Assembly: GCA_008632985.1 (NCBI GenBank)
Contig: QPGO01000153.1
Coordinates: 62,001-126,000, forward strand
From: Psammoneis japonica
Lineage: Eukaryota
DNA length: 64,000 nt
Direction: 5' to 3'
The position numbers and the translations under genes were made by a program. The first letter of the stretch is position 1; each line of letters begins with the position of its first letter. Under the pieces are notes generated by a model. The model had not been told where the DNA came from and did not search any database. It saw only the letters and a program-made list of their open reading frames with translations. Positions 13,809 through 25,199 of this stretch are shown here, piece by piece.

Positions 13809-14084
13809 TGACAGGATTTGAACAGGATTTGGGTGCGCGCGAAATGTCGCGCGCTGTTTAGTTTACCGCGCACAGTTTTGTGTGCTTTAGTTCTGCGCGT
13901 TCGCGCGCGATGCAGTTTGCTTTCGAGCCACAAGGCTCACAAGAATGACAACAGCAGCCCGATTATACCGACTTACACGTCTTTCGGCTCCTGCAACGGT
14001 CTCTGAGCGGAGACTCATCTGCCATTTAGACAGCAGCAAGGAGTTGTTGTTTGAATTCTTGCCATTTGCCTTCAATTTCTGTCA
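13809..14084 (+). repeat. 5' LTR of Copia copy 1 (276 bp, TGACAG..CTGTCA)
   Basis: Direct repeat of 19614-19890; reverse complement of 54486-54761 and 61251-61526. Confidence 0.95.
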
Positions 14085-14809
14085 GATTGACAGTCTTGCT
14101 CATTGTCAACCCATTGAGCAACCGCCATCGTCGTCGTTGATTTACCGACGACGCCACTTCAATTCTGCGTGGACCTCCGCATGTGCTCTACACACATCGG
14201 CAAGTCTGCGCGCATTCAATGCCAGGCATCGGCAGGAATTTAACGTCACCGTCAAGTCTCCTCACCGCTGGACATCTGGATTGATCACACTGCCTTTGAT
14301 CGCTGAAGACATGCATCAACGGTCACATCCAAGTCTGTCCTTGATCCTCATCCCTTGACACACCCATTCATTGGTTAACGGTCAAGAACCCCACACATTC
14401 AAGGATCTTCGTCGCTGAAGACATGCACACATGTGCACATCTTCATGGCCAAGAACTTGTGCCCACTCTTCGGACTGCGGTTTTGCCACCACTCTGCGAG
14501 CACACCGAGTCCATTGCACCTGATCCACCCCGGACCACTGGTGCTCTGCAGTTCTGCCAGGTCCACGAGGATGACTGTGAGAGCAAGTGGCCGTGATTGC
14601 AGCCCACGTTGGGGTGAGGGTGTTTTTCCCGCGTTTGTTTGTTCGTCCACAGCGCCCAACGCCTGCATCAACTGGCCAGCCTGATCGGGAAATCCAACCG
14701 ACATAAAATGAGAACGGTTCAGGGGTCTTGTCCACCTCTGGTCAGCTTGCCTGCAGGGGTTTGCAACCTGCTGCTCCGCTCACAAGCAACCCAAAGTGCC
14801 GCTGGCTGC

Positions 14810-17800
14810 GGGTTCATCCTTCATTGGCAAGATCAGTTGCGCAAGTGCGAGGCACTCATCCCGGCCAGTGACCACTTCTCTGAAGGACAGAAGCGCATCA
14901 TGCTCGAGAATGCCGCACACCCTGTCGAGGAACTCCGTGCTGTCAAGAACCAAGCTGATCAGCATCGCACGCAGAGTGGCAAGAGCCTCACATGCGATCA
15001 ACACTGTGGCTTGCTCCTCTCCGCGGCGGCTCAATGCGACAGCACGTTTCAACCCAAGACGACACCTCGAGCTCCCCGACGTGCCACATGCGCACACGAT
15101 GTCCACTCCGACGAACCGTCCGACGATGTGTTCTGCAACATTGACAGCGACATTGACGTCCTTCAGGCTGATGCTGCCCACACCCGTGGTCCCAGCCTCA
15201 CCGGTGACCAATGGAAACGTCTCCCTCCTGCCCACCAACGGATTTGGGATTCGTTGCCCCATTCCTCCAAGGCGATCATCCTTGGGCATTCTCGTCCGCC
15301 TCCCCGCAACCCGCGAGCCAGCAACTGCCATGAGTTCATTGCGGCCAACCTTCACGACCAACGCCTTGGGAGTGACGGTGATGTCAACTTGTCCAACACG
15401 ACTCCTGCTGACTCTGGTGACTCCGCTCCAAATGTGGATGCCACTTCGGACAATCCCATCCTGGCGCACCTCACCAAGTGCAAGCCACTGCCACCCGGTG
15501 ATCTGCAACGTCTGTTGTCTCCTAATCAAGCCCCCAACGCTAGTCGACCGGGGCCATCCACCGCTCCCTCTACCCCGCCAGCTTCTGCCGATGACACAGA
15601 ACTTGGCAGCTGCACTTGCCGTCGCGTTGATGACCACAATGTCATTTGCTCTGCCTCTGCTCATCGCTCCACATGCACTGGTGCTCCAGTCGATCGTGGG
15701 GCCAACGGCGGCATTGCTGGCGACGACGTTCACGTCATTGCACGCACCTCTCACCAAGTCGACGTTCAGGGCATTGACGACCATCAATTGGTGGACATCC
15801 CCATTGTCACCGCTGGTGCCGTCATTGAGACCCAGCGTGGTCCCGTCATCGCCATCCTCCATCAGCACGCACACACGGGAAAGGGCAAGACCATCCATTC
15901 CTGTGGCCAGCTCGAATGGCACAAACAGGATGTCAACGATCGCTCTGTCAAGGTGCCCAACGGCTTGCAACGCATTGCCACTCCTGATGGCTGTGTCATC
16001 CCCATTGACATCAAGGGCGGCCTGCCTTGTGTTGCCATGTGACCTTACACTGACGCCGAATGGGACACCCTGCCCCATGTCATCCTCACCGGTGATGACA
16101 CATGGGATCCTTCCGTCCTCGATCACTCTGTCACTGACGATGACCAGTGGTGCAACGCGATCTCTGACCTGCAGGACGATCCCACTGCCAACCCATTTGA
16201 CGAATGCGGCAACTGCCGTCATCGTGTCATTGTCAACGAGACCATCATGTCCGCTTCCTTGTCTGCCGATCACGCGTCCGCCCTTGATGATCACCTCATT
16301 CCGAACGACGACATGTTCTGCAAGTGTCATCTACACGCGATTGACCCCAAGGACGATGACGTTCCGCCCCCGGAGCGCACTGTGCAGCCCAAGGACCCCC
16401 CCTTCGAGTCTCTTCGGCCTCACTTTGGCTTCCTCCCTGCCGATGCGGTCCGTCGTACTTTTGACTGCACCACGCAGCACGTCCGCATGCCCGCCGGTGC
16501 ACACCTTAGGAAGGCCCACAAATCACCCAACCCCACCCTTGGTGTGCACCGCCGCAACGAGCCTGTCGCCACTGACACCGTTCATGCCGACACCCCGGCC
16601 GTCGACTCTGGTTGCACCAGCGCCCAACTGTTTGTTGGCACCGAGTCTACCATCACTGACATCTGCGGCACCAAGACGGACAAAGAATTTGTCAACACAC
16701 TTGAGGATCAGATCCGGGAGCGTGGTGCCCCATCCAAACTCATTGGTGACCGTGCTCAAGTTGAGATCAGCAACAAGGTGCTCGGGATCCTGCGAGCCCT
16801 CTTCATCTCCAGCTGGCAAAGTGAGCCTCACCAGCAACACCAAAACTTTGCCGAGCGTTGACACCAGACCGTGAAGCACATGGCGAACACTGTCATGGAT
16901 CGTTTTGGTTCGCCCGCCCACACATGGCTGCTGGCGCTCATGCATGTGTGCTTCATGCTCAACCACACAGCGTCCTTGCATCTCCACTGGCGCACGCCCC
17001 TCGAGACTCTCGCTGGCTCCACCCCGGACATCAGCCCATTGCTTCGCTTTCACTGGTGGGAACCCGTGTGCTTCCACCTCGATGACTCCGATTGGCCGCC
17101 CGAATCCCGTGAGTTGCGTGGACGCTTTGTTGGCATTGCTGAGCACGTCGGCCACCAGATGACCTTCAAGATTCTTTCTGACGAGACTCAGAAGATCCTC
17201 TGCCGGTCCAACGTACGCTCCGCTGCCACCGATCCTGCCGTTCGAAACCTGCGTCTTGATCCTCCTGATGGGGAGCCACCTGAACCCATCATCAAATCTC
17301 GCCATGACGACAACCCCGTCGATTCTCCTGATGGGGAGATCAGGACACCCAAGATGCCAGTTTTCGATCCGCAAGACATCATCGGACGCACCTTCCTCAT
17401 GCAGCCACAAGAGGACGGACAACGCCACAGAGCTCGCATCGTCAAGGCCGTCAAAGACCACGAATGGAAAGTGAATGGCAATTTCGAGCTCACCAAGTTC
17501 GTCTGCTCTGTCAACAACGACGAATACGAGGAAGTCCTTGCCTGCAATGACATCATGAATCACATTGAGCAAGAAGACGAAGACACCACTGTTTGGAAAT
17601 TTCGATGCATCATGTCACATGAAGGACCTCTGAAGCCTCATGACCCAACCTGGAAAGGCTCAAGCTACAACATCATGCTTGAATGGGAAAGTGGGGAGAT
17701 CACGTCCGAGCCTCTTGCCATCATCGCCAAGGACGACCCCGTCACCTGCGCCATCTGTGCACGAGAGAACGGACTTCTCGACACTGATGGCTGGAAGCGG

Positions 17801-19613
17801 TTCCGCACCATCACGAGGCGCCAAAAGAAGCTATTTCGCATGGCCAACCAAGCCAAGCTTCGCTCCTTCCGCACTGCACCTCGCTGCAAGTGCGGATGCG
17901 AAGTTCCCCGGAACCACAAACACGCCATGTCACTAGACGAACGCAACGGCAACCGCAAATGGGGAGACGCAACTAATCTCGAGATGGACCAACTCGAGGA
18001 ATGCGAAGTCTTCCATGACTGCGGGCCCTTCGAGTCTTCCACTCCTCCTGCGGGACACAAGAAGATCCGAGTGCACCTGGTGCACGACGTGAAACACGAC
18101 GGTCGCCACAAGGCACGACTCGTAGCCGATGGGCACCTCACGGACGCACCTGTCGACAGTGTCTGCTCCGGAGCAGTCTCCCTCCGTGGCCTTCGGCTGA
18201 TGATTTTCCTGGCCGAACTCAACGAGTTGGAGACATGGGCCACCGACATTGGCAATGCCCACCTTGAAGCCACCACCAAGGAGAAGCTCTACATTGCAGC
18301 CGGACCCGAATTTGGCAAACTCGAAGGACACATCCTTGTCATCCACAAGGCCCTGTGTGGACTGCGCAGCTCTGGTCTCCGCTGGCACGAGCGCTTCGCC
18401 GACTGCCTGCGAGCTGAAGGATTCTTCCCCTGCCGCGCCGAACCCGACATTTGGATGCGCAGGAACAGCGACCACTGTGAATGCATTGCCGTTTGTGTGG
18501 ATGACCTCGCCATTGCTGTGAAGGACCCTCAATCTTTCGTCGACACTCTCACGGAAAAGCACAAGTTCAAGCTCAAGGGTGCGGGACCCATTGAGTTCCA
18601 TCTGGGTTGCGACTTTTCCCGGGATCCCAACGGCACCTTGTGCCTGTCTCCGCGCAAGTACATCGAGCGCATGGTCGACAGCTGCACCCGACTGTTTGGG
18701 GAGAAACCTGCCACCAATGCCCTGTCACCTCTGGAGAAGGGTGACCACCCCGAACTGGACACTTCCGAACTGCTGGGGCCCGATGGCATTCACAAGTTCC
18801 AGTCTCTTGTTGGTTCACTCCAATGGGCAGTGTCCCTTGGTCGAATTGACATTGCCACGGCCGTCATGTCACTCTCTAGCTTCCAAGCTGCGCCCCGTCA
18901 AGGCCACTTGGATCGTGCCAAACGCGTCTGTGGGTGCCTCTCCAAGATGCGACACGGCGCTCTCCGCGTTCGCACGGAAGAGCCCGACTGTTCGGATCTC
19001 CCTGCTCCGGCCTGTGAATGGATGCATTCCGTGTGCGGCGAAGCAGAAGAGATGATCCCGAAGGACGCTCCACCGCCCCTTGGCAAGTTCGTCACTGCCA
19101 CCCACTGCGTCGATGCAAACTTGCACCATTGCATGCTCACCGGACGCTCTGTCATGGGAATGCTCCACTTCCTCAACAAATTCCCGGCTGATTGGTTCTC
19201 TAAGAAGCAAGCCACTGTGGAGACTGCGACCTGCGGGTCTGAATTTGTTGCTGCAAGGACTTGTGTCGAGCAGATTGTTGACCTGCGCATCACCCTGCGC
19301 TGCCTTGGCATCCCGATCCGCAATGTCAGTCACATGTTCGGTGACAACAAGTCGGTTGTAGACAGTGCCACCATCCCGCACTCCAAGTTACACAAGCGAC
19401 ACACCGCACTGTCATTCCACCGTGTGTGTGAGGCAATTGCCTCTGGTTGCCTTGAGCTCCACTTCATCGAAGGCTCCCGCAACCCTGCTGACATTCTCAG
19501 CAAGCATTGGGGTCACTCCCAAATCTGGGACCTTTTCCGCCCCCCAATGTTCTGGAACTTCATTCCATCCGAAGTCGAATCTGTTTCTGTGGCTCCTCAA
19601 GCAAACTGGGGAG
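14810..19613 (+). pseudogene. Copia gag-pol remnant
   Basis: ORFs 14639-16042, 16247-16861 and 16871-19915 are in one frame, split by TGA stops where copy 2 has CGA (Arg); only ~4 Tyr in the 1014-aa segment. Confidence 0.9.
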
Positions 19614-19890
19614 TGACAGGATTTGAACAGGATTTGGGTGCGGCGCGAAATGTCGCGTGCTGTTTAGTTTGCCGCACACAGTTTTGTGTGCTTCAGTTCC
19701 GCGCGTTCGCGCGCGATGTGGTTTGCTTTCGAGCCACAAGGCTCACAAGAACAATGACAGCAGCCCGATTGTGCCAACTTGCACGTCTTTCGGCTCCTGT
19801 GATGGTCTCTGAGCGGAGACTCATCTGCCATTTAGACAGCAGCAAGGAGTTGTTGTTTGAACTCTTGCCACTTGCCTTCAATTTCTGTCG
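19614..19890 (+). repeat. 3' LTR of Copia copy 1 (277 bp, ends CTGTCG)
   Basis: Preceded by the PPT-like tract; differs from the 5' LTR mostly at TA and CG sites. Confidence 0.95.
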
Positions 19891-20024
19891 CTTGTCCTCG
19901 TTCCTGTCAACTTGACACAAGCGCATCAAATCACAACAGAGGATCTAAAGTTTGTCCACTTTGCAACACCTGAGTTGTGCTCTTTGTCTGATCTGCGTGT
20001 CTGATTGAATCAGTTAAACGGAGG

Positions 20025-21484
20025 ATGGCAACGGATGACTTCGTTTGGCCTTCGGGCTTCTTGTTCAAGAATGCACTGCTGGCTTCGACTTCCACATCGA
20101 TGTGCAATGGGCCTTCAGCCACTTCCATGTCGAATTGTGGCCAGGCGAGTCTTCTACGAAACGTGCAGATCATGTCCAATGGGAGGAGTCTCATGTCCAA
20201 TTCATTGCATCGAGTGGCCGCTGGCAGTGCTCTCGGCAGCGCCGCCATTCTTGGAGCGGCACCGAGCGGAATGAGCGGACCTGGCATTCTTTCACCCGTC
20301 TCCCAGCCTGCTTTGTCTACGTCAGCGCCAAGCCGAATGAGCAGACCTGACACCTCACCCATCTCTGAGCCTTCTATGTCTTCGTCGACACTGAAGAAAA
20401 TCACCCCATCGGCGCAGCTCGTATGCGATGAGACTGAATTGGCTAGAGCGCTGCAGATTGGTGATGACCAAGCCCGACTACCGCTTAAAAAGAGGGCCAA
20501 AATTGGTTGCATGAATTACATTGCGGCAGACAATAAGAAGGAAGACGAAACACTTGATGAAGATGTCAAGCTTATGACGATGCAGTACCAATCACGAGTT
20601 GAAAAGGACCGGTTAGGAGTAGGAGCGTCATCAGCGGTTAAGAAGTCACCGAAGCAGGACCGGTCACGAGTAGCGTCTACTGCAGTTGAAAACCGACCAA
20701 AGGAGGACCGATCACAAGAAGCGCCATCGACTGTAGTCAAAAAGTCGTCGGCTGTTCGGAAAAATGTGGACAGGAAGAAAGAAAGGTCTCCCAACCCTTC
20801 TACTGAGAAGCATTGGAATAAAATGTTTCTGAAACTTGTGAGTCCGCAATGTATTGCGTGTCGCATTTCATCCTCCTTTTAAACTCTCTTACTCATTGCT
20901 GCCTTATGTTCTTTGTCTCCACACAGCTCGCTTACAAAACTGTTCATGGCAATTGCAATGTCCCCAATAACTACAAGGACGACCCGCGCTTAGCAAAATG
21001 GGTCGGGTATCAAAGAAAGAGAAACAGGCTTCTCCCGGCCGATCGCAAGGAAAAGCTAGAAGAACTTGGCTTTGCTTTTTGCCTCAAAAAGCATGATTCG
21101 TGGGAAGTCATGTACAAACAGCTGGTCGAGTACAAACGCAAGCATGGCACATGCATGGTGCCACAACTCTACCGCGAGAACAAGAAACTAGGAAAATGGG
21201 TTGCAATCCAAAGATTCAACAAGAAATCACTCACGAAGGAGCGTTTTGAACTACTTAATGAGTTGGAATTTGTGTGGAATGCAAACAAATTCATATGGAA
21301 GACTAACTACGAAGCTTTGGTCGCGTTCCAAGCAAAGCATGGCCACTGCCGTGTTCCGTCTGACGACGAAGAATACAAGCAGCTATCGCATTGGGTGCGT
21401 AGACAACAACGAAACAAAGCTCTTCTCACTACACGTTGTGTGAAACTGCTTGAGGAAATTGGTCTTAAAATAATGCAGCCGTAG
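20025..21484 (+). CDS. Helicase-associated (HA) repeat protein, three HA domains
   Basis: Intron 20838-20926; WNKMFLKL|LAYKTVHGNCNVP..LAKWVGYQR, WEVMYKQLVEYKRKHGTCMVP..LGKWVAIQR, WKTNYEALVAFQAKHGHCRVP..LSHWVRRQ. Confidence 0.9.
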
Positions 21485-22310
21485 GTTCTTAGGTAACAGC
21501 TGACGAGATGCAAGGGACAAAGAAGAAAACAATATAAGGCTGAGAATGCACGGAGTGGGGGGCGTTTTCTTGAAACACGTTGCATATCATACTATCTGTA
21601 ATTCGTACAAACAACCATTATTCGAACTATTTCTCTGGAGCAATGACTTCGCAGTGTCAATCCCCATTCTTGATTCTCATGAAGAAGAGATGGCGGCTGT
21701 GGTCCTGGACGGCTTGGTCAAGTTTCACTTTTAGTTTGGACAGGTTTCGAGATGGAATTGATTCGTAAGCGATGGTGCTAAAAGTCTACTACGGCGCTTT
21801 TCAACTAAAGTAGCTCTCTAGTTATAGAGATTTCAGCCATGTCGAAGTTGAGGAGAAGACTTCTTGGGGGTGCCGAACGGCATCGAAGCCCAAACATGAA
21901 CAGCTCAGCGTGGGAGAAGACATCGTCATATCATAAGCCCTTTTCATTTCGGATGACCTCTCTGGCTAATCTCACCCTCGGGCCCTATCTTGCCCTACTA
22001 AAGTACTTACTGTAAGGGGCTTACTACAGGAGAGAGTAGCTTCACTGAAGCTAAGTATTCTACTACATACAGTGGCTTCACTATTACCAGTAGCTCTAAA
22101 ACACTAATTATGGACATACGCACCGTCAGGTGTCTACATTTATTTGTGGAGAATTGAGCCCTTCAGTCATGATTTTTTACGATCTACTTATACGAGGAAA
22201 GATTCGTGGCAAAGGCAAACGAAAGAGAGGAAGAGTTTTCCATTACGTGTATTAGACCTACTCACTCGATGTTTGATCTGCTGTCATGATTGTGTCATTT
22301 TTCTTGGAAG

Positions 22311-22700
22311 ATGGCATCGGATGACTACGTTTGGTCTTCCGGCTACCCGTATGTCGACCTACTGCTGCGCGAGTCTCTTTCGAAACATGCAGATAACGTC
22401 AAGTGGGAGGCTCGTATCTCATTCATTGCGTCAAGTGCCCACTGTTAGTGCTCTCAGTAGCGCAAGCTGCCATTCTCGGGGCGGCGCCTAGCCGCATGAG
22501 CGGATCGCAGATCGGTTCCACACCCCTCTCTCATGCTGCTTCAGCTTCATCTATTTCCGCACTCACCATCAACACAGCCGGTATCCTATGAGTCTGAATT
22601 GGCTAGAGCGCTAAAGATTGGGGATGAACAAGCCTGTCTATCGCAGAAAAAGAACGCCAAAATTGGTTTTGGCACTCATGATACTGAAGACAACAAAAGG
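22311..22700 (+). pseudogene. Degenerate partial duplicate of the 5' part of the HA gene
   Basis: MASDDYVW vs MATDDFVW; AAILGAAPSRMSG vs AAILGAAPSGMSG; ESELARALKIGDEQA vs ETELARALQIGDDQA; frameshifted. Confidence 0.75.
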
Positions 22701-23006
22701 GAGACGAAACATGGGATGAGGGTGATGGGCATACTGCGAAGCAGTGCCGGTCACCAGAAGTGTCATTGCGATGCGAGCGCGAAAAAGTGAGCTTAGATTC
22801 GTCACCACTGTTTTATATTCGCATACGGATAAAAAGTATGCTCGAATATTTTCGCCTCACAAAATCCCCAACCCGCGTCGCGAAACCAAAACTGACGGCA
22901 AACTTAGCCAGGCATCACGAATCGCAAAACACCATGTATCCGAAAAGCGCAGTACATAGATCCATCGAAATCTCTCGTCATTCGACAACGCAAACAAAGC
23001 TAATCA

Positions 23007-25199
23007 ATGGATCTCACCGACACGTCGTTTCCTGTTCGTTCTGTCGACACCTTTGGAAATGCAGCATATCAGGCCGAAAGGAAGAAGGAACGGGAGCGGC
23101 ACATGAAAAACTTGGAGAATGCTTTTAACAATGCGACTGATTTGTGTTGCAATCACGACTTTGTCGGTTTGCATCCTTCCAGCGTGGGCGGAGGACATGC
23201 TGACCCAGAAAGCCGCCGACGGAGATTCTCACCGCCCCACAGATCGGTCAACTTGTCACCTCATGTGGACGTATACGAAAGTGTCGGTCTTGAAGAACGT
23301 GGTGATTTGATGAACAACATTGGATATTGCGATGTATCACCTCCTGTGGACAAACCCAAGCCAGTTGTACAATGCATGTTGAGAGCGTATTTTACGACTG
23401 CTCGGTGCATTGATGGGCTTGTCGATTCTGGCGTCAACTGGTGGAGAGCGCGGACCAATCGGCAGCGTAAAGCCCTCCTGAGAGCTTGCGCTATGATTTC
23501 GCTTGTACTTGCTGTTATTGTCATTACCATTGCAGTTCATGAGAGTCGCGGCGTCAGAACGACTCTCCAGCAGAACTCGACACGGTTGCCTCCAATCAAT
23601 GGAACCATAAACAGTCCGGAACGCTATCGAGCGATTCGAGATATTGTATTGCAAGTTACACGTGAGACTGAACTAGACCTTGACGGATCACCGTCAGCTA
23701 TGGCTCTTGCGTGGCTTTCTGATTACGATGATACCGACCCATATCATCCATTTGTGTTGCAGCGCTACGCTCTTGCCGTCTTGTTTTTCCAAACGCAACA
23801 ATTCCAACAAGCCGAAAATGGCGAAACTATCATTATCCCCGATTCACAATGGATAAATTCGGAAAACTGGTTGTCGGCGCGCAGCATTTGTGAGTGGCAT
23901 GGCATTTCGTGTAATAACGACGACGACAAGAGCGTGATTGGGATCGATTTGTCGTACAACAATCTCGGCGGTCGACTCCCGCCCGAGTTGCAAGCCCTGC
24001 GAAACTTGACGTCGCTCGACTTGACGCACAATTCATTGAGAGATGCCGTTCCAACGAATGTCGGTCAATTGACGAGTTTGAGTAAGTCATTGTTTGTCTT
24101 CTTGTGTATCCCATTGACGCTGTAAAAATCGTGATCGAGCGACTGTACGCTAACAGAAACGTTTTGCACTGTTCAACCCATTGCACTTTATAGCGTCTCT
24201 CCGCTTGCGTGAAAACCTATTGACGGGTCGAGTCCCGTCCGAGTTGGGGCTTTTACAAGCTTTAACGGAATTGGATATGGGTTGGAATCGATTCAAAGAC
24301 AATGTGCCAACTACACTGACGTCCAACTTGACCAACTTGCAAGTACTACGACTCGATTCGAACTTTTTCAACGGGCACCTCTTGGATTATAGCAATCTCG
24401 AAAAAATAGGTGAGTATCCTCGGAAATGACTCTTTGATGCTATCATTTTGGTTTGCCAGCGATACTTGCTCTCAATTGTTTTCGTTGCACGTACTTAATA
24501 GTTTCATTGCATTTGCAAAACAATGCCTTTTCCGGTACCATATCGGAACCGCGCTTGGAGTCGCTCGAAGAACTTTATTTGGATCATAATGCCCTGATTG
24601 GAACCATTCCTGCTTTACTGTTTGAAGTACCAAAGCTAAAGTATGTATCCTTCTCAAACAACCACTTGGAGGGCACCCTGCCGGAAATCAAAAGGACGGC
24701 CTTGCAAGAGTTGCAGCTGCAACGAAACAAATTGACGGGAACACTGCCCGCATTGGAACACTGTCCCAATTTACAAATCCTGTACCTCAATGACAATCAT
24801 TTTCAAGGCATGAATGATGTATTATTTTTGCCCTCGCTACAAGAATTGCATCTTTACGACAATTACAATTTGGGCGGAACCATTCCAACGTCCCTTGGAC
24901 TCTTGACATCTCTACGTGTACTGCGCATGTACCGTACCAACATGTCGGGTCCGATTCCCTTTCAACTTGGTTACGCGACAAGCTTGGAAACGCTGTCTCT
25001 TCACGACAATTATGCACTATCGGGAACCGTCCCGTCGGCACTGGGAGAGTTGCTGCACTTGCAGTCACTTCGATTGTTTCGCAATCCAAAACTGCAAGGC
25101 AGCATTCCAAAGGAACTGTGTTTGTTGCACAATTTGACAACTCTGTTGGTGGATTGTGACTTGGAATGCCATTGTTGTCATGATTGTGTTTCGAAATAA
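23007..25199 (+). CDS. LRR receptor-like membrane protein 3 (3 exons)
   Basis: TM ACAMISLVLAVIVITIAV; QRYALAVLFFQT; CEWHGISC; LRRs; introns ~24083-24192 and ~24410-24500; ends CHCCHDCVSK*. Confidence 0.9.

Larger units (their letters stand above)
13809..19890 (+). mobile_element. Ty1/Copia LTR retrotransposon (CoDi-like), copy 1, with a 5'UTR/gag deletion; hypermutated
   Basis: LTRs 13809-14084 and 19614-19890; PPT-like caaactggggag; order PR (VDRGANG), INT (SEPHQQHQNFAER), RT (CVDD for YVDD), RH (DNKSVV, NPADILSK); flanks CTCAT and CTTGT. Confidence 0.95.

Noticed and set aside
14085..14105. tRNA primer-binding site after the 5' LTR
   Set aside because: No TGG start and the site is itself mutated; cannot assign a tRNA by eye.
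14780..16874. Long antisense and off-frame ORFs over Copia pol (also 57501-59259)
   Set aside because: Explained by loss of TAA/TAG and high GC; no independent protein motifs.
16871..19613. Alternative genetic code or RNA editing as the cause of Tyr->Cys/His
   Set aside because: Neighbouring genes use TAY normally, and the changes also hit LTRs, introns and TSDs on both strands.
13809..19890. Classical RIP or APOBEC-type C->T editing
   Set aside because: Polarity is opposite: conserved-motif Tyr and the unmutated gene copies show TA is ancestral.
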